Assembly: GCA_964463925.1 (NCBI GenBank)
Contig: CAYXDV010000001.1
Span: 12,276 to 76,275 of the forward strand
Direction of reading: 5' to 3'
DNA: 64,000 nt
DNA from: an uncultured Gammaproteobacteria bacterium
Lineage (GTDB): Bacteria > Patescibacteriota > Microgenomatia > UBA12405
The translations under genes and the position numbers were made by a program. The notes under the pieces are model-generated. The model did no database searches, was not told the origin of the DNA, and saw only the letters and a program-made list of their open reading frames with translations. Of this stretch, positions 18,434-26,128 are shown piece after piece. Each line of letters begins with the position of its first letter. Position 1 is the stretch's first letter.

Positions 18434-19292
18434 TGATTGATTCTAGCGCAAAAGAGCTTGTTTTTTTCAAATTTCTTATACTGTACCAAAGGTTACTAAT
18501 CATAGCTTCTGGAAGAAAAGTAACTACTATAATTTGCAAAAGGTTTAGAAAGATCGCAGTTGGCGAAGGTTTTGAACCCAATTGCAGTGCATTTAGTCTG
18601 CTTTGAAAGGTTAGCCAAAAGGTTTTTTTGGGATGGGAATGGGAAAGGCTGGTGGGTAAAATTCGATAAAATAGAAGTGTTTGATTGAGATTAGAAAGAT
18701 TTCCTAAGCGCGATAAACGGAAAAGAAGATCAACTTCTTCAGCTGAGGATCTATTGGGTTGGTACCAAAGAAATTTTTTTGGCAAAAGGAGTGTGTTTAT
18801 CATCATACTGGGTTGCTGAATTGGGATGGCCCAAAAAAGCATCTTGGCCAGTTTTACAGGATTACTCGGAAAGTTTTTTTGGCCAATTAGCTTATTATTT
18901 TGGTCGATTAACTGGCATTGGCCACCAAGGGCAATTGTCTGGGGATTTGTTTTAAAGTATGCCAGTTGAAGTTGAAGACGTGTAGGGATAGAAATATCGT
19001 CGGCGTCCATACGCGCAATGAATTTGCCACGGCATTTGGATAAGGCGATATTGGAAGTTAGGCTTACGCCAAGATTTATTGGATTACGAAAAGCCTTGAT
19101 ACGTTTGTCTTTCTTAGCATACTTTTGAATTATGGTCCAAGAATGATCAGTGGAATGATCATCTACGATGATGAATTCAAAATTACTATAAGTTTGGAAT
19201 AAAATAGATTCAATTGACTGAGTTAGAAACTCGGCGGCGTTGAAGACTGGCATATAGACTGAAAGAATTGGTTTTTTGTCCGAATATTTCAT
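18426..19292 (-). CDS. family 2 glycosyltransferase
   Basis: LSVYMPVFNAAEFLTQSIESILFQTYSNFEFIIVDDHSTD...ARMDADDIS is a GT2 DxD architecture. Confidence 0.8.
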   Translation of the reverse strand: MKYSDKKPILSVYMPVFNAAEFLTQSIESILFQTYSNFEFIIVDDHSTDHSWTIIQKYAKKDKRIKAFRNPINLGVSLTSNIALSKCRGKFIARMDADDISIPTRLQLQLAYFKTNPQTIALGGQCQLIDQNNKLIGQKNFPSNPVKLAKMLFWAIPIQQPSMMINTLLLPKKFLWYQPNRSSAEEVDLLFRLSRLGNLSNLNQTLLFYRILPTSLSHSHPKKTFWLTFQSRLNALQLGSKPSPTAIFLNLLQIIVVTFLPEAMISNLWYSIRNLKKTSSFALESINV

Positions 19293-19395
19293 ATCTTGAT
19301 TTATCGTTTTCGGCTTCTTTTTGCCTCATCAGTACGAGAATTGGTTTACTCGTAAAACGATATTCCACACACAACAAAGAAAGGAAATCACCAGA

Positions 19396-19445
19396 AGACA
19401 CGCAGAGAGGCAAGCCAGGAAGGCTTGGGGGTCCTCTCTGCGTGT
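19396..19445. repeat. long perfect hairpin (14-bp stem, nested inner stem) just downstream of the lipoprotein gene
   Basis: GACACGCAGAGAGG-CAAGCC-AGGAA-GGCTTG-GGGGT-CCTCTCTGCGTGTC. It lies in a local GC-rich segment. Confidence 0.5.
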
Positions 19446-19465
19446 CAAGCGGTGGTCATGTGACA

Positions 19466-20251
19466 CTACTTGCAGGACTTGGCCGCCCGTTGCTCTTCGA
19501 GCCAAGGCGCAACGACGCCGGTTGTGACTTTGCCATCAGAAGGTGCGTTCTTTAGCATGCAGCTGGAAAATTTAGTGCCATCCGACAAAACAATGCCGAC
19601 GCCGATGACAGTGTCACCTTTCTTGAAGTTCAAAGTCTTGCCGTCGCCTGTAGCTTGGCGTTCTGAATTGACTTGCGCGGCAGGCTTGGCAGGTGATGTG
19701 GCTGTAGGCTGTTCGGCTTGCTGGGTTGAACCGGTTGGTGGATACAAGTGAGCATGTGCCCAACTGTATTTAACAGCTTCACCAACCCTAAAGTCGTATT
19801 CGTCCTTCAGCCATTCGCTCTTAACCACACTAACGAAACCGTCCTTCACTGTGACACTGAAGTCGCTTGTGTATGTCTTATAGACACCGCCTGCAACGTT
19901 ATCCACTGTGAAGCCGCCAACAACCGCAGCGGTTCCGGGGATCAACTTGATCCTCCAGGTCTTCTGTGGTGCGTCGGTTCCACTTTCCGGATCCCATTTA
20001 CCCGTTTCCAGGTACATGGAAGGATGTGCCACGTATGGTTGCGGCTGCAGGTCATACAGTTGCCCGTTTTCGGCACGGGTGGCGGCGGGGATAGGCGCTG
20101 GTGCGGCGGTTGTCGTAGTCGTGATGACGCTGGTCGCTGAGGCGGCCGGCGTGTCGCTACGAGTTGCGGTGGCGCCAGAAGCGCCGCCGCAACCGGCTAG
20201 GAGCAGTATTGCTCCGGCCGCCATCACAGATAGAAATATTTTGTTTTTCAT
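19466..20251 (-). CDS. lipoprotein of unknown function, compositionally foreign (high GC)
   Basis: Signal peptide with lipobox (...ILLLAGCGG); Thr/Ala-rich linker; GC about 55-60% against a 38-40% background. RBS aaggag sits 8 nt upstream of the ATG. Confidence 0.7.
   Translation of the reverse strand: MKNKIFLSVMAAGAILLLAGCGGASGATATRSDTPAASATSVITTTTTAAPAPIPAATRAENGQLYDLQPQPYVAHPSMYLETGKWDPESGTDAPQKTWRIKLIPGTAAVVGGFTVDNVAGGVYKTYTSDFSVTVKDGFVSVVKSEWLKDEYDFRVGEAVKYSWAHAHLYPPTGSTQQAEQPTATSPAKPAAQVNSERQATGDGKTLNFKKGDTVIGVGIVLSDGTKFSSCMLKNAPSDGKVTTGVVAPWLEEQRAAKSCK
20221..20251. repeat. left copy of a 31-bp imperfect inverted repeat (covers the first 10 codons of the lipoprotein gene)
   Basis: The reverse complement ATGAAAAACAAAATATTTCTATCTGTGATGG matches AAGAAAAACAAAATATTTCTGTCAGTGATGG at 21011-21041 at 27 of 31 positions, in the same codon phase. 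Confidence 0.55.
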
Positions 20252-20285
20252 TTTTTCTCCTTTTTTTGTTTTTTGTTTTGATTTT

Positions 20286-20339
20286 GGTATTAGAACCCAG
20301 CTATCCCCATACTAATGGGAAGAATTGGGTTCTAATACC
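20286..20339. promoter_or_regulatory. 14-bp perfect inverted repeat (GGTATTAGAACCCA/TGGGTTCTAATACC) upstream of the lipoprotein gene
   Basis: Spacer of 26 nt. Further palindromes lie nearby: TAACACgcaatGTGTTA about 20406-20422, GTGGCAAtTTGCCAC 20443-20457 and ATCTGTaaaaACAGAT about 20518-20533. Confidence 0.4.
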
Positions 20340-20659
20340 TCAAAAACTTAGAAAAGAAGAATTATTGTTGTGTGTGGAATGTAAAGGAACTTCTGGGTCA
20401 CTTGGTTAACACGCAATGTGTTAGAAAGTAAAAACCAGAGGAGTGGCAATTTGCCACCCAAAAACTAACTTAAATTAGCTTTTGGCTGACAAAATGTTTT
20501 TTACTTAAAGGTGCGAATCTGTAAAAACAGATTATGGGTAAGTATAGCAATTAAAGCCTAAATTGTCAAGTTATAGGACTTAAGAAATTTATATGTAGGT
20601 AGCTTGGGTAAAATTTAATGTCGTGAAAAACATGATTCGTTTGGTTCAATTAGAAACTC

Positions 20660-21091
20660 TTGTTGATATACTCAATTATGGCTAAGGACTTTAAGGTTAA
20701 AAGGCGAGTATGGTTGACATATGATTTATGGAGGAAAGATGGGATTTATTGCCCTGCATTGAAATCTAGAGTAAGAGTATCGTTACTTGGCTGGAGACAT
20801 ATTACTGGAGCTACTGGCCACAAAAAACGTTCTTTTGGAGATGTATACAGACGTTTAAAACTATTGCCCTATGCAAAAGAGATTTTAGAAGAGTCGACCA
20901 ACATACAAGATATAAGTATCAGAAATAGTCGTACTTTTTATGCATTTGAGGCTATGAAATTAATTGGTAGTGTATGGATTAAAGTACGAGTTGTATTGAT
21001 CGAAGATGCTAAGAAAAACAAAATATTTCTGTCAGTGATGGATCGGAAAAAGAAAAACGGAGCACCTCACGCTTCGGTTGTTAAACGTTAG
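20660..21091 (+). CDS. hypothetical protein; its C-terminal 10 codons (KNKIFLSVMD) duplicate the lipoprotein signal-peptide start
   Basis: 143-aa ORF with a basic N-terminal half and no recognised family. The 3' end contains the right copy of the inverted repeat (21011-21041). Confidence 0.45.
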   Translation: MLIYSIMAKDFKVKRRVWLTYDLWRKDGIYCPALKSRVRVSLLGWRHITGATGHKKRSFGDVYRRLKLLPYAKEILEESTNIQDISIRNSRTFYAFEAMKLIGSVWIKVRVVLIEDAKKNKIFLSVMDRKKKNGAPHASVVKR

Positions 21092-21496
21092 CGTCATGGA
21101 GTGTAAAAACACTCTTGCTCCGATGCGTTATCCTAGCAAATAAAGTAGATATGGTCAAGTAAAATATCTTATTTGACAAATAACGGAAAATAGGGTTTGA
21201 TTAAGTGATGTTGGGAATTACGTCAAATTCTCAGCTAAGATTCCGGTAGGGACCGGGATGACATACAAACTGACCTGCGCGAGAAAGTAGTGATCCGATG
21301 CGCAAGGATCAATCTGAAGGCAACGAAAGTATATGACGCGACCTTCAGCTCCTTACAGGTTGGCCCACATATAAGTTGTAATTTAAGATTACTTGTAGTA
21401 ATTTTTTAAATTACAATAGTTCTTTTTGAAAATAAAATAGACTACGAACCTCGGGGTGCGATCCACTTTCGGGGTAGGAAAAACTCTATTTTGTTT

Positions 21497-21520
21497 TGCC
21501 CCCGCCACGGCGGGGGATTT
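21497..21520 (+). terminator. GC hairpin plus T-run, plus-strand orientation
   Basis: CCCCCGCC-acg-GCGGGGG followed by ATTTTATTT. Confidence 0.4.
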
Positions 21521-21975
21521 TATTTAGATAGAAAATTTACTACTTCTGAGGGACTAAGAACTTTGATTTGTCTTAACCTTAGGCTAAAGAATGGATCCAT
21601 ATCTAGTGATTTATCTGGGGGAAAACGGGCAAAAATTGGCTTAGATTGAGCCAGGGCAAACCCAATTTCCAAACAAGTAGATGGACCAATATAGCCAGAG
21701 GGATTTTCCAAATATAGAAAGTTGCTTTGTCGCAGAGCACTTAAAAATCGATCTTCTATTTGTTTTGGATTTAGACCAATCTCATTAGGAAGTGGTCGAA
21801 AAACATCAGGGTTATAGTCTGGACTAAGCCTTAGCACTCGTGGCTTTGCCAGCCAGCCAAGTGCAGGTTCTAGAACTGTTACTCCAAGATGTTTATATTC
21901 TATAATTGTTTGGTCAATCTCTGGTTTGTATTTGGAAAAACTGCCAGAGATACAGCAGAATAACTGTTCAAACAT
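21520..21975 (-). CDS. nucleoside 2-deoxyribosyltransferase-like family protein (second copy in the window)
   Basis: ...NPSGYIGPSTCLEIGFALAQSKPIFARF resembles the NDT/DNPH1 motif (x-G-x-x-E-x-G-x-A-x-x-x-x-K-P). Confidence 0.5.
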   Translation of the reverse strand: MFEQLFCCISGSFSKYKPEIDQTIIEYKHLGVTVLEPALGWLAKPRVLRLSPDYNPDVFRPLPNEIGLNPKQIEDRFLSALRQSNFLYLENPSGYIGPSTCLEIGFALAQSKPIFARFPPDKSLDMDPFFSLRLRQIKVLSPSEVVNFLSK

Positions 21976-22447
21976 GTTTTTGGGAGAAGAATTTTGACTT
22001 TAGGATAAAGTAAACTAGATAGAAAATTAGGCAGCCAAAGGAGTTGGCAAGCAAATCCCAGGAAGTGTCGGTAATGTTTAATTTTTTTACCAAATGAAAT
22101 TGGACTAAGAATAGCTCAAAAAGCTCGTTTAAAGTCCCAAGAGAGCTAGTAAAAGCAAAGAAGGTTAAAAATTCCTGGAAAAGATTTAGTTTATGGTTTT
22201 GTGATTTTATAAATGACAAAGTCAGTAGACAGGAGAAAAAACCACCGCCAACTACATGAGTGGTAAAGGAGGTATTTTGACCGTTTATCAAAGGAGAGGG
22301 TAAATACCAGGAGAGGAAATAGCTAAAAGCTGCCAGATAAAGATAAATATTTTTACGGTACTTTTGACTAGCTATTAAATTGGCCAAAACTGGAAAGAGC
22401 AAAATCGTTAGGATGGGAATTAGAAAGGGAAAAAGTAGATAAAACAT
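21968..22447 (-). CDS. hypothetical integral membrane protein (VanZ-like size)
   Basis: 159 aa with 4-5 hydrophobic segments. It overlaps the downstream gene by 8 nt. Confidence 0.5.
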   Translation of the reverse strand: MFYLLFPFLIPILTILLFPVLANLIASQKYRKNIYLYLAAFSYFLSWYLPSPLINGQNTSFTTHVVGGGFFSCLLTLSFIKSQNHKLNLFQEFLTFFAFTSSLGTLNELFELFLVQFHLVKKLNITDTSWDLLANSFGCLIFYLVYFILKSKFFSQKHV

Positions 22448-22448
22448 G

Positions 22449-22519
22449 CAGGCCTGCTAGGATTCGAACCTAGAAGAGCGGTTTTGGAGACCGCCATGAT
22501 ACCATTTCATCACAGACCT
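22449..22519 (-). tRNA. tRNA-Trp (anticodon CCA)
   Basis: Minus strand AGGTCTG...GGCGGT-CT-CCA-AA-ACCGCT...GGTTCGAATCC...CAGGCCT-G folds as a cloverleaf with anticodon CCA and a TpsiC loop. Confidence 0.85.
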
Positions 22520-22529
22520 AGGAGAGATG

Positions 22530-22602
22530 TGGACCTGAGGGGACTTGAACCCCTGACCTTCCCCATGCCATGGGGACGCGCTACCAACTACGCTACAGGC
22601 CC
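22530..22602 (-). tRNA. tRNA-Ala (anticodon GGC)
   Basis: GGGCCTGTAGCGTAGTTGGTAGCGCG-TCCCC-ATGGCAT-GGGGA...GGTTCAAGTCC...CAGGTCC-A, with the G3:U70 Ala identity pair present. Confidence 0.85.
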
Positions 22603-22656
22603 AGATGGGCTAGTATAGCAAATATGGGTATATAGACAAATGATTTAGAATTAGAA

Positions 22657-23145
22657 ATGCTAAAAATAAAAAGACCAAACTGGGACGAATACTTCTTACA
22701 ACTTACAGGTTCTGTTGCTGCTAGAAGTACATGTGACAGAGGGAGATCGGGGGCTGTGGCAGTCAAGGACAAACAGATTTTGACGACCGGGTACGTTGGA
22801 GCGCCTGTGAGTATGCCTCATTGTGATGATGTGGGACATCAAATTAAAAAGATGGTTCATGAAGACGGTAGGGTTAGCGAGCATTGTGTTAGAACTGTAC
22901 ATGCAGAGCAAAATCTGATTTGTCAGGCAGCAAAAAATGGAGTTAGTTTAAACGGAGCAACGGTGTATTGCAGGATGACACCGTGTAGGGTTTGTGCAAT
23001 GCTTTTGATTAATTCTGGTATCAAAAGAGTAGTATGTCAGTACAAGTACCACGAGGGTATGGAAAGCGAAGACATATTTAAACAGGCAGGAATTGATCTT
23101 ATTTTTCAAAATAACGAAATTTTGGACTACAAAAAGCAAAAATAA
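22657..23145 (+). CDS. dCMP/CMP deaminase (ComEB-like)
   Basis: Zinc-binding motifs HAEQNLI...PCRVCAML. Confidence 0.85.
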   Translation: MLKIKRPNWDEYFLQLTGSVAARSTCDRGRSGAVAVKDKQILTTGYVGAPVSMPHCDDVGHQIKKMVHEDGRVSEHCVRTVHAEQNLICQAAKNGVSLNGATVYCRMTPCRVCAMLLINSGIKRVVCQYKYHEGMESEDIFKQAGIDLIFQNNEILDYKKQK

Positions 23146-23290
23146 AACTATCTAACTCCACGCGGAAGGGTGGGTAGGGGAAATTTTTGCTTTTTGCCAA
23201 AGCTGCCAAAACTAGGCTTTTGAAAAGCGGGTGGACGCACTGGCTTGGGTCCGGAAGAAGTGGTGGACTTTGGTTTGACTACTGGTTCAG

Positions 23291-23701
23291 TCATATTAAT
23301 TCAATATTACCAAAATTTTGGGCTTTGCGAAAATACTTCTTGTCGCAGGTTAGCAGTGTGGCTGAGAGTACTTTGGCCAAGTAGTGATAACTGGTGTCAT
23401 AAATACTGGTTTTTTGATGATGGGCGAGCTCTAGGATTTTTTGGTAGTCGCGAGGTTGAAGGCTATGTATTTCAAGTGGCAGGTTCAGACATTGACTTAA
23501 TAGCTCCTGAGCGCGAGATAGAGAGAAGTAGGAAAAATTTAGGCCATTAGTTAACTGAGTATAAAATAGAGGAAGGGTATATAACTTGATAACTTGTTTT
23601 TGATTATTTTCAACTAATTCAATTAATTTGTGAGTAAGATCAGCCTTTTGTTTACTTAGGGCCTGAAGGACGAAAGTAGCTGGTAAAACATAGGCAAACA
23701 T
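23291..23701 (-). CDS. vapC: PIN-domain toxin (VapC)
   Basis: PIN acidic residues in ...IYDTSYHYLAKVLSATLLTCDKKYF; 136 aa. It is 3 nt downstream of a small RHH gene. Confidence 0.7.
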   Translation of the reverse strand: MFAYVLPATFVLQALSKQKADLTHKLIELVENNQKQVIKLYTLPLFYTQLTNGLNFSYFSLSRAQELLSQCLNLPLEIHSLQPRDYQKILELAHHQKTSIYDTSYHYLAKVLSATLLTCDKKYFRKAQNFGNIELI

Positions 23702-23704
23702 AAT

Positions 23705-23950
23705 TTAGTGTTCTTTATTTAAAGCTTTTAACATATTTTTGTAGCCGGATTTAGGAGTTGAGTTAGATTTTAGATAATCAAGAAGAGTGCTGGTGGGGTC
23801 TAGATTGGGGATAGTCAGAAGATCGTTTTGGGCCAAAGAAGCGAAATATTGACTAATCATACCTTTGTGGATTTTTAGATTGACTTTCTGCCACAGAGAA
23901 TATGGCAGACTAATGGTGAGTCGTTTAGTTTTTTGACTTAACATAATCAT
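23705..23950 (-). CDS. vapB: RHH-type antitoxin (VapB-like)
   Basis: RLTISLPYSLWQKVNLKI has a beta-strand-helix RHH pattern, immediately upstream of vapC. Confidence 0.55.
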   Translation of the reverse strand: MIMLSQKTKRLTISLPYSLWQKVNLKIHKGMISQYFASLAQNDLLTIPNLDPTSTLLDYLKSNSTPKSGYKNMLKALNKEH

Positions 23951-24010
23951 ACATAAATCATACCATAGTATGAACTAGCAACAGAGTTAGAAAATAAAAA
24001 ACACAAAGTG

Positions 24011-25078
24011 TTAAATCATTTCGGAAGTTGGAAAGAAGATGACATCGTTAATGTCCTTAGTATGGGCAAAAAACATAGCTAATCGTTCTAAGCCAATGGC
24101 AATACCAGAACAGGATGGCAAGCTAGATAGAGAATCTATAAAGTCAGAGTCTTGGGGGTGGATAGGCTGGTTTAAACTGAGGCGATCGTTGGTTTCTCGG
24201 GTGAAATTCTGTGTTTGTTGGTCGGGGTTGCAAAGTTCAGTATAACAATTGGCAAATTCCAAACCATTGATGTAAAGCTCCCAGCGTTGTCCGTAGAGAG
24301 GGTTTGGACTGGGCTGGCAAAGGGTAGAAATACGTTCGGGGAAGTCGAAAACCAGGACTGGTTGGTTTTGGGGCAGATTAGGTTCAATCTCGTTAATCCA
24401 AATTTGATTATAGAGAGGTTCCCAAGTGGTTATACCCTGAGTATTGTAGCCCTTGGCTTTGGCAGTTTTTTCAATAGAGGCAAAGTCGGAATTTTCATCA
24501 AGATCTATATGGGCGTGAGTTTGAAAAAGTTCCTTAACTGAAGTTTGGTGCCAGTTAGTAAAATTTACTGGGCTTTGAAAGTCTAATTTTTCGATTAGAT
24601 AGGAGAAAAGCTGTTTGGTGGTTTGGGCAACCTGCTTGTAGTTTTTGCCTATTTCGTACCACTCCAACATGTTAAATTCCAAATTGTGAGTGGGTCCTAA
24701 ATCTTCTAGGTCTCGTACACATTTGCTGATGGTAAAACAATTATCCAGACCAGCTGCTATCAGTTTTTTAATAGAGGATTCAGGAGAAGGGGGTAAGTAA
24801 AAAGTTTTGTTTTTGTGCTGCCAAGTAACCGGAGAAAGAAAGATATTGGGTTCAATAGGGTAGCCTGGATTTAAAATAGGCAGATCGACCTCCATAAAGT
24901 TTTGAGACCAAAAAAAATCACGGATTAATCTGAATAAATGCTGTTTGACAAAAAAACTCTCCCAGGATTTTTGTTTATTTTTTAGCTGTTGCCAATTTTT
25001 GGTCATAAATAAGCTTAGGCGAATAAGGGGGCAACCGTCAAACAAGAAGTTTGTCCAAGTTCTTGTTTGTAGCCACAA
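24011..25078 (-). CDS. class II aminoacyl-tRNA-synthetase catalytic-domain paralog (EpmA/PoxA/GenX-like; lacks an anticodon-binding domain)
   Basis: Motif 1 (FMEVDLPILNP), motif 2 (CVRDLEDLGPTHNLEFNMLEWYEI) and motif 3 (GIAIGLERLAMFFA). The likely true start is the internal Met at about 25006 (MTKNWQQL). Confidence 0.65.
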   Translation of the reverse strand: MWLQTRTWTNFLFDGCPLIRLSLFMTKNWQQLKNKQKSWESFFVKQHLFRLIRDFFWSQNFMEVDLPILNPGYPIEPNIFLSPVTWQHKNKTFYLPPSPESSIKKLIAAGLDNCFTISKCVRDLEDLGPTHNLEFNMLEWYEIGKNYKQVAQTTKQLFSYLIEKLDFQSPVNFTNWHQTSVKELFQTHAHIDLDENSDFASIEKTAKAKGYNTQGITTWEPLYNQIWINEIEPNLPQNQPVLVFDFPERISTLCQPSPNPLYGQRWELYINGLEFANCYTELCNPDQQTQNFTRETNDRLSLNQPIHPQDSDFIDSLSSLPSCSGIAIGLERLAMFFAHTKDINDVIFFPTSEMI

Positions 25079-25923
25079 AGAAAATTGCGATCAGAGCAAC
25101 CATGACAAGAAGTTGAAGGACAGCTTTGGCAGCTAGTTAATCTGGAGGTAAAAGACGCAATAAGTTTGGGAACTGGCGTGGATATTTTACCCAAAGGATT
25201 GGGTGATTCGCAGCAGCCGTATACAAGACCGTTACTTTGTAGAGATAGCTGAGAGCAACCAAAATTTTTAGAGGGTATGCTTGGATAATTTTTCTTAATA
25301 TTGATTATTTGATCTACAGATAAGCCTGGGGAATCGACATTTTGGCATAATGAGTGGCAGGCTGTAAATAATTTAGTTTTGAGGGTTAGATAGTTAAAAG
25401 CAATTGGTTGGCCAAACAGATTAGCCAATTCTACGGGTAGGATATCGATAAAAGCATAGGAAGCTGGGGTCACTAAATACATAATTTCTAGATGAAAACC
25501 CAAACTAAGAGCAGATTGGATAAAAGACAGGGTTTTTTGATAATTGCCCAGGCCTCTATTTTGGTTGTGAACTTTTTCTGGCCCATCTAGCGATACCAGA
25601 AGTTGGACATGATTTGGCTGTTTTATTGACGAAAGACGATTGATAGTGCCATTGGTAATTAGGCTGACAAAAATGTTTTTGCGGGTGTAGTAGTTAACCA
25701 GATTGGGAAATTTTGGCAGAAGGAAAAGTTCACCACCGCAAAAAAGAATAGACTTTAGATTGACATATTTTTGGTAACGTCGGGTAAAGTTTTGAATTTG
25801 TGGATTGGTTAAGATGGCTTTGGTTTTGTGGGTGTAACAAAGACGGCAATTTAGGTTGCAGATTTCCAGGGGAGAGATATAAATATTTTCCAAGGCAGAG
25901 GTTGGGCCAGTTGGCAGGAGCAT
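25015..25923 (-). CDS. radical SAM enzyme with a C-terminal Cys-rich (SPASM- or KamA-type) region
   Basis: CNLNCRLCY is a CxxxCxxC motif. The C-terminus has clustered cysteines (CQSCPSTSCHGCSDRNFLCGY). Its start ATG overlaps the rpmG stop (TAATG). Confidence 0.7.
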   Translation of the reverse strand: MLLPTGPTSALENIYISPLEICNLNCRLCYTHKTKAILTNPQIQNFTRRYQKYVNLKSILFCGGELFLLPKFPNLVNYYTRKNIFVSLITNGTINRLSSIKQPNHVQLLVSLDGPEKVHNQNRGLGNYQKTLSFIQSALSLGFHLEIMYLVTPASYAFIDILPVELANLFGQPIAFNYLTLKTKLFTACHSLCQNVDSPGLSVDQIINIKKNYPSIPSKNFGCSQLSLQSNGLVYGCCESPNPLGKISTPVPKLIASFTSRLTSCQSCPSTSCHGCSDRNFLCGYKQELGQTSCLTVAPLFA

Positions 25924-26102
25924 TATTTGAGCTTGCTTGATTCTTTGTGTTCAGTAGTTTTTTTGCACCAATTACAGTATTTGTTTAGTTTGAGTTTATC
26001 TGGGGTATTGGTTTTGTTGCGCGAAGTGAGGTAATTTTGAGCTCCACAAACACTACAAAGCAGAGCGAGAAGCAGACGTGGTGTTTTTTTCTTATTAGAC
26101 AT
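25923..26102 (-). CDS. rpmG: 50S ribosomal protein L33 (absent from the ORF track; below its size cutoff)
   Basis: Manual translation gives MSNKKKTPRLLLALLCSVCGAQNYLTSRNKTNTPDKLKLNKYCNWCKKTTEHKESSKLK, which has the L33 CxxC...CxxC pattern and NY.T.KNK.N.P.+LEL.KYC motif. Confidence 0.8.
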   Translation of the reverse strand: MSNKKKTPRLLLALLCSVCGAQNYLTSRNKTNTPDKLKLNKYCNWCKKTTEHKESSKLK

Positions 26103-26128
26103 TGTGTGGGATTATAGACTAATTTAGA

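Noticed and set aside
19268-19555. Plus-strand ORFs 19268-19555 and 19321-19527, and the several plus-strand ORFs 19470-20409
   Set aside because: They lie in the high-GC lipoprotein region, where random long ORFs are expected on the opposite strand. They are Arg-rich and overlap the hairpin. The minus-strand lipoprotein has a signal peptide and an RBS.
22449-22602. Possibility that the two adjacent tRNAs are part of an integrated-element att site
   Set aside because: No integrase or direct-repeat duplication of the tRNA 3' ends was found nearby. The neighbouring genes are ordinary.
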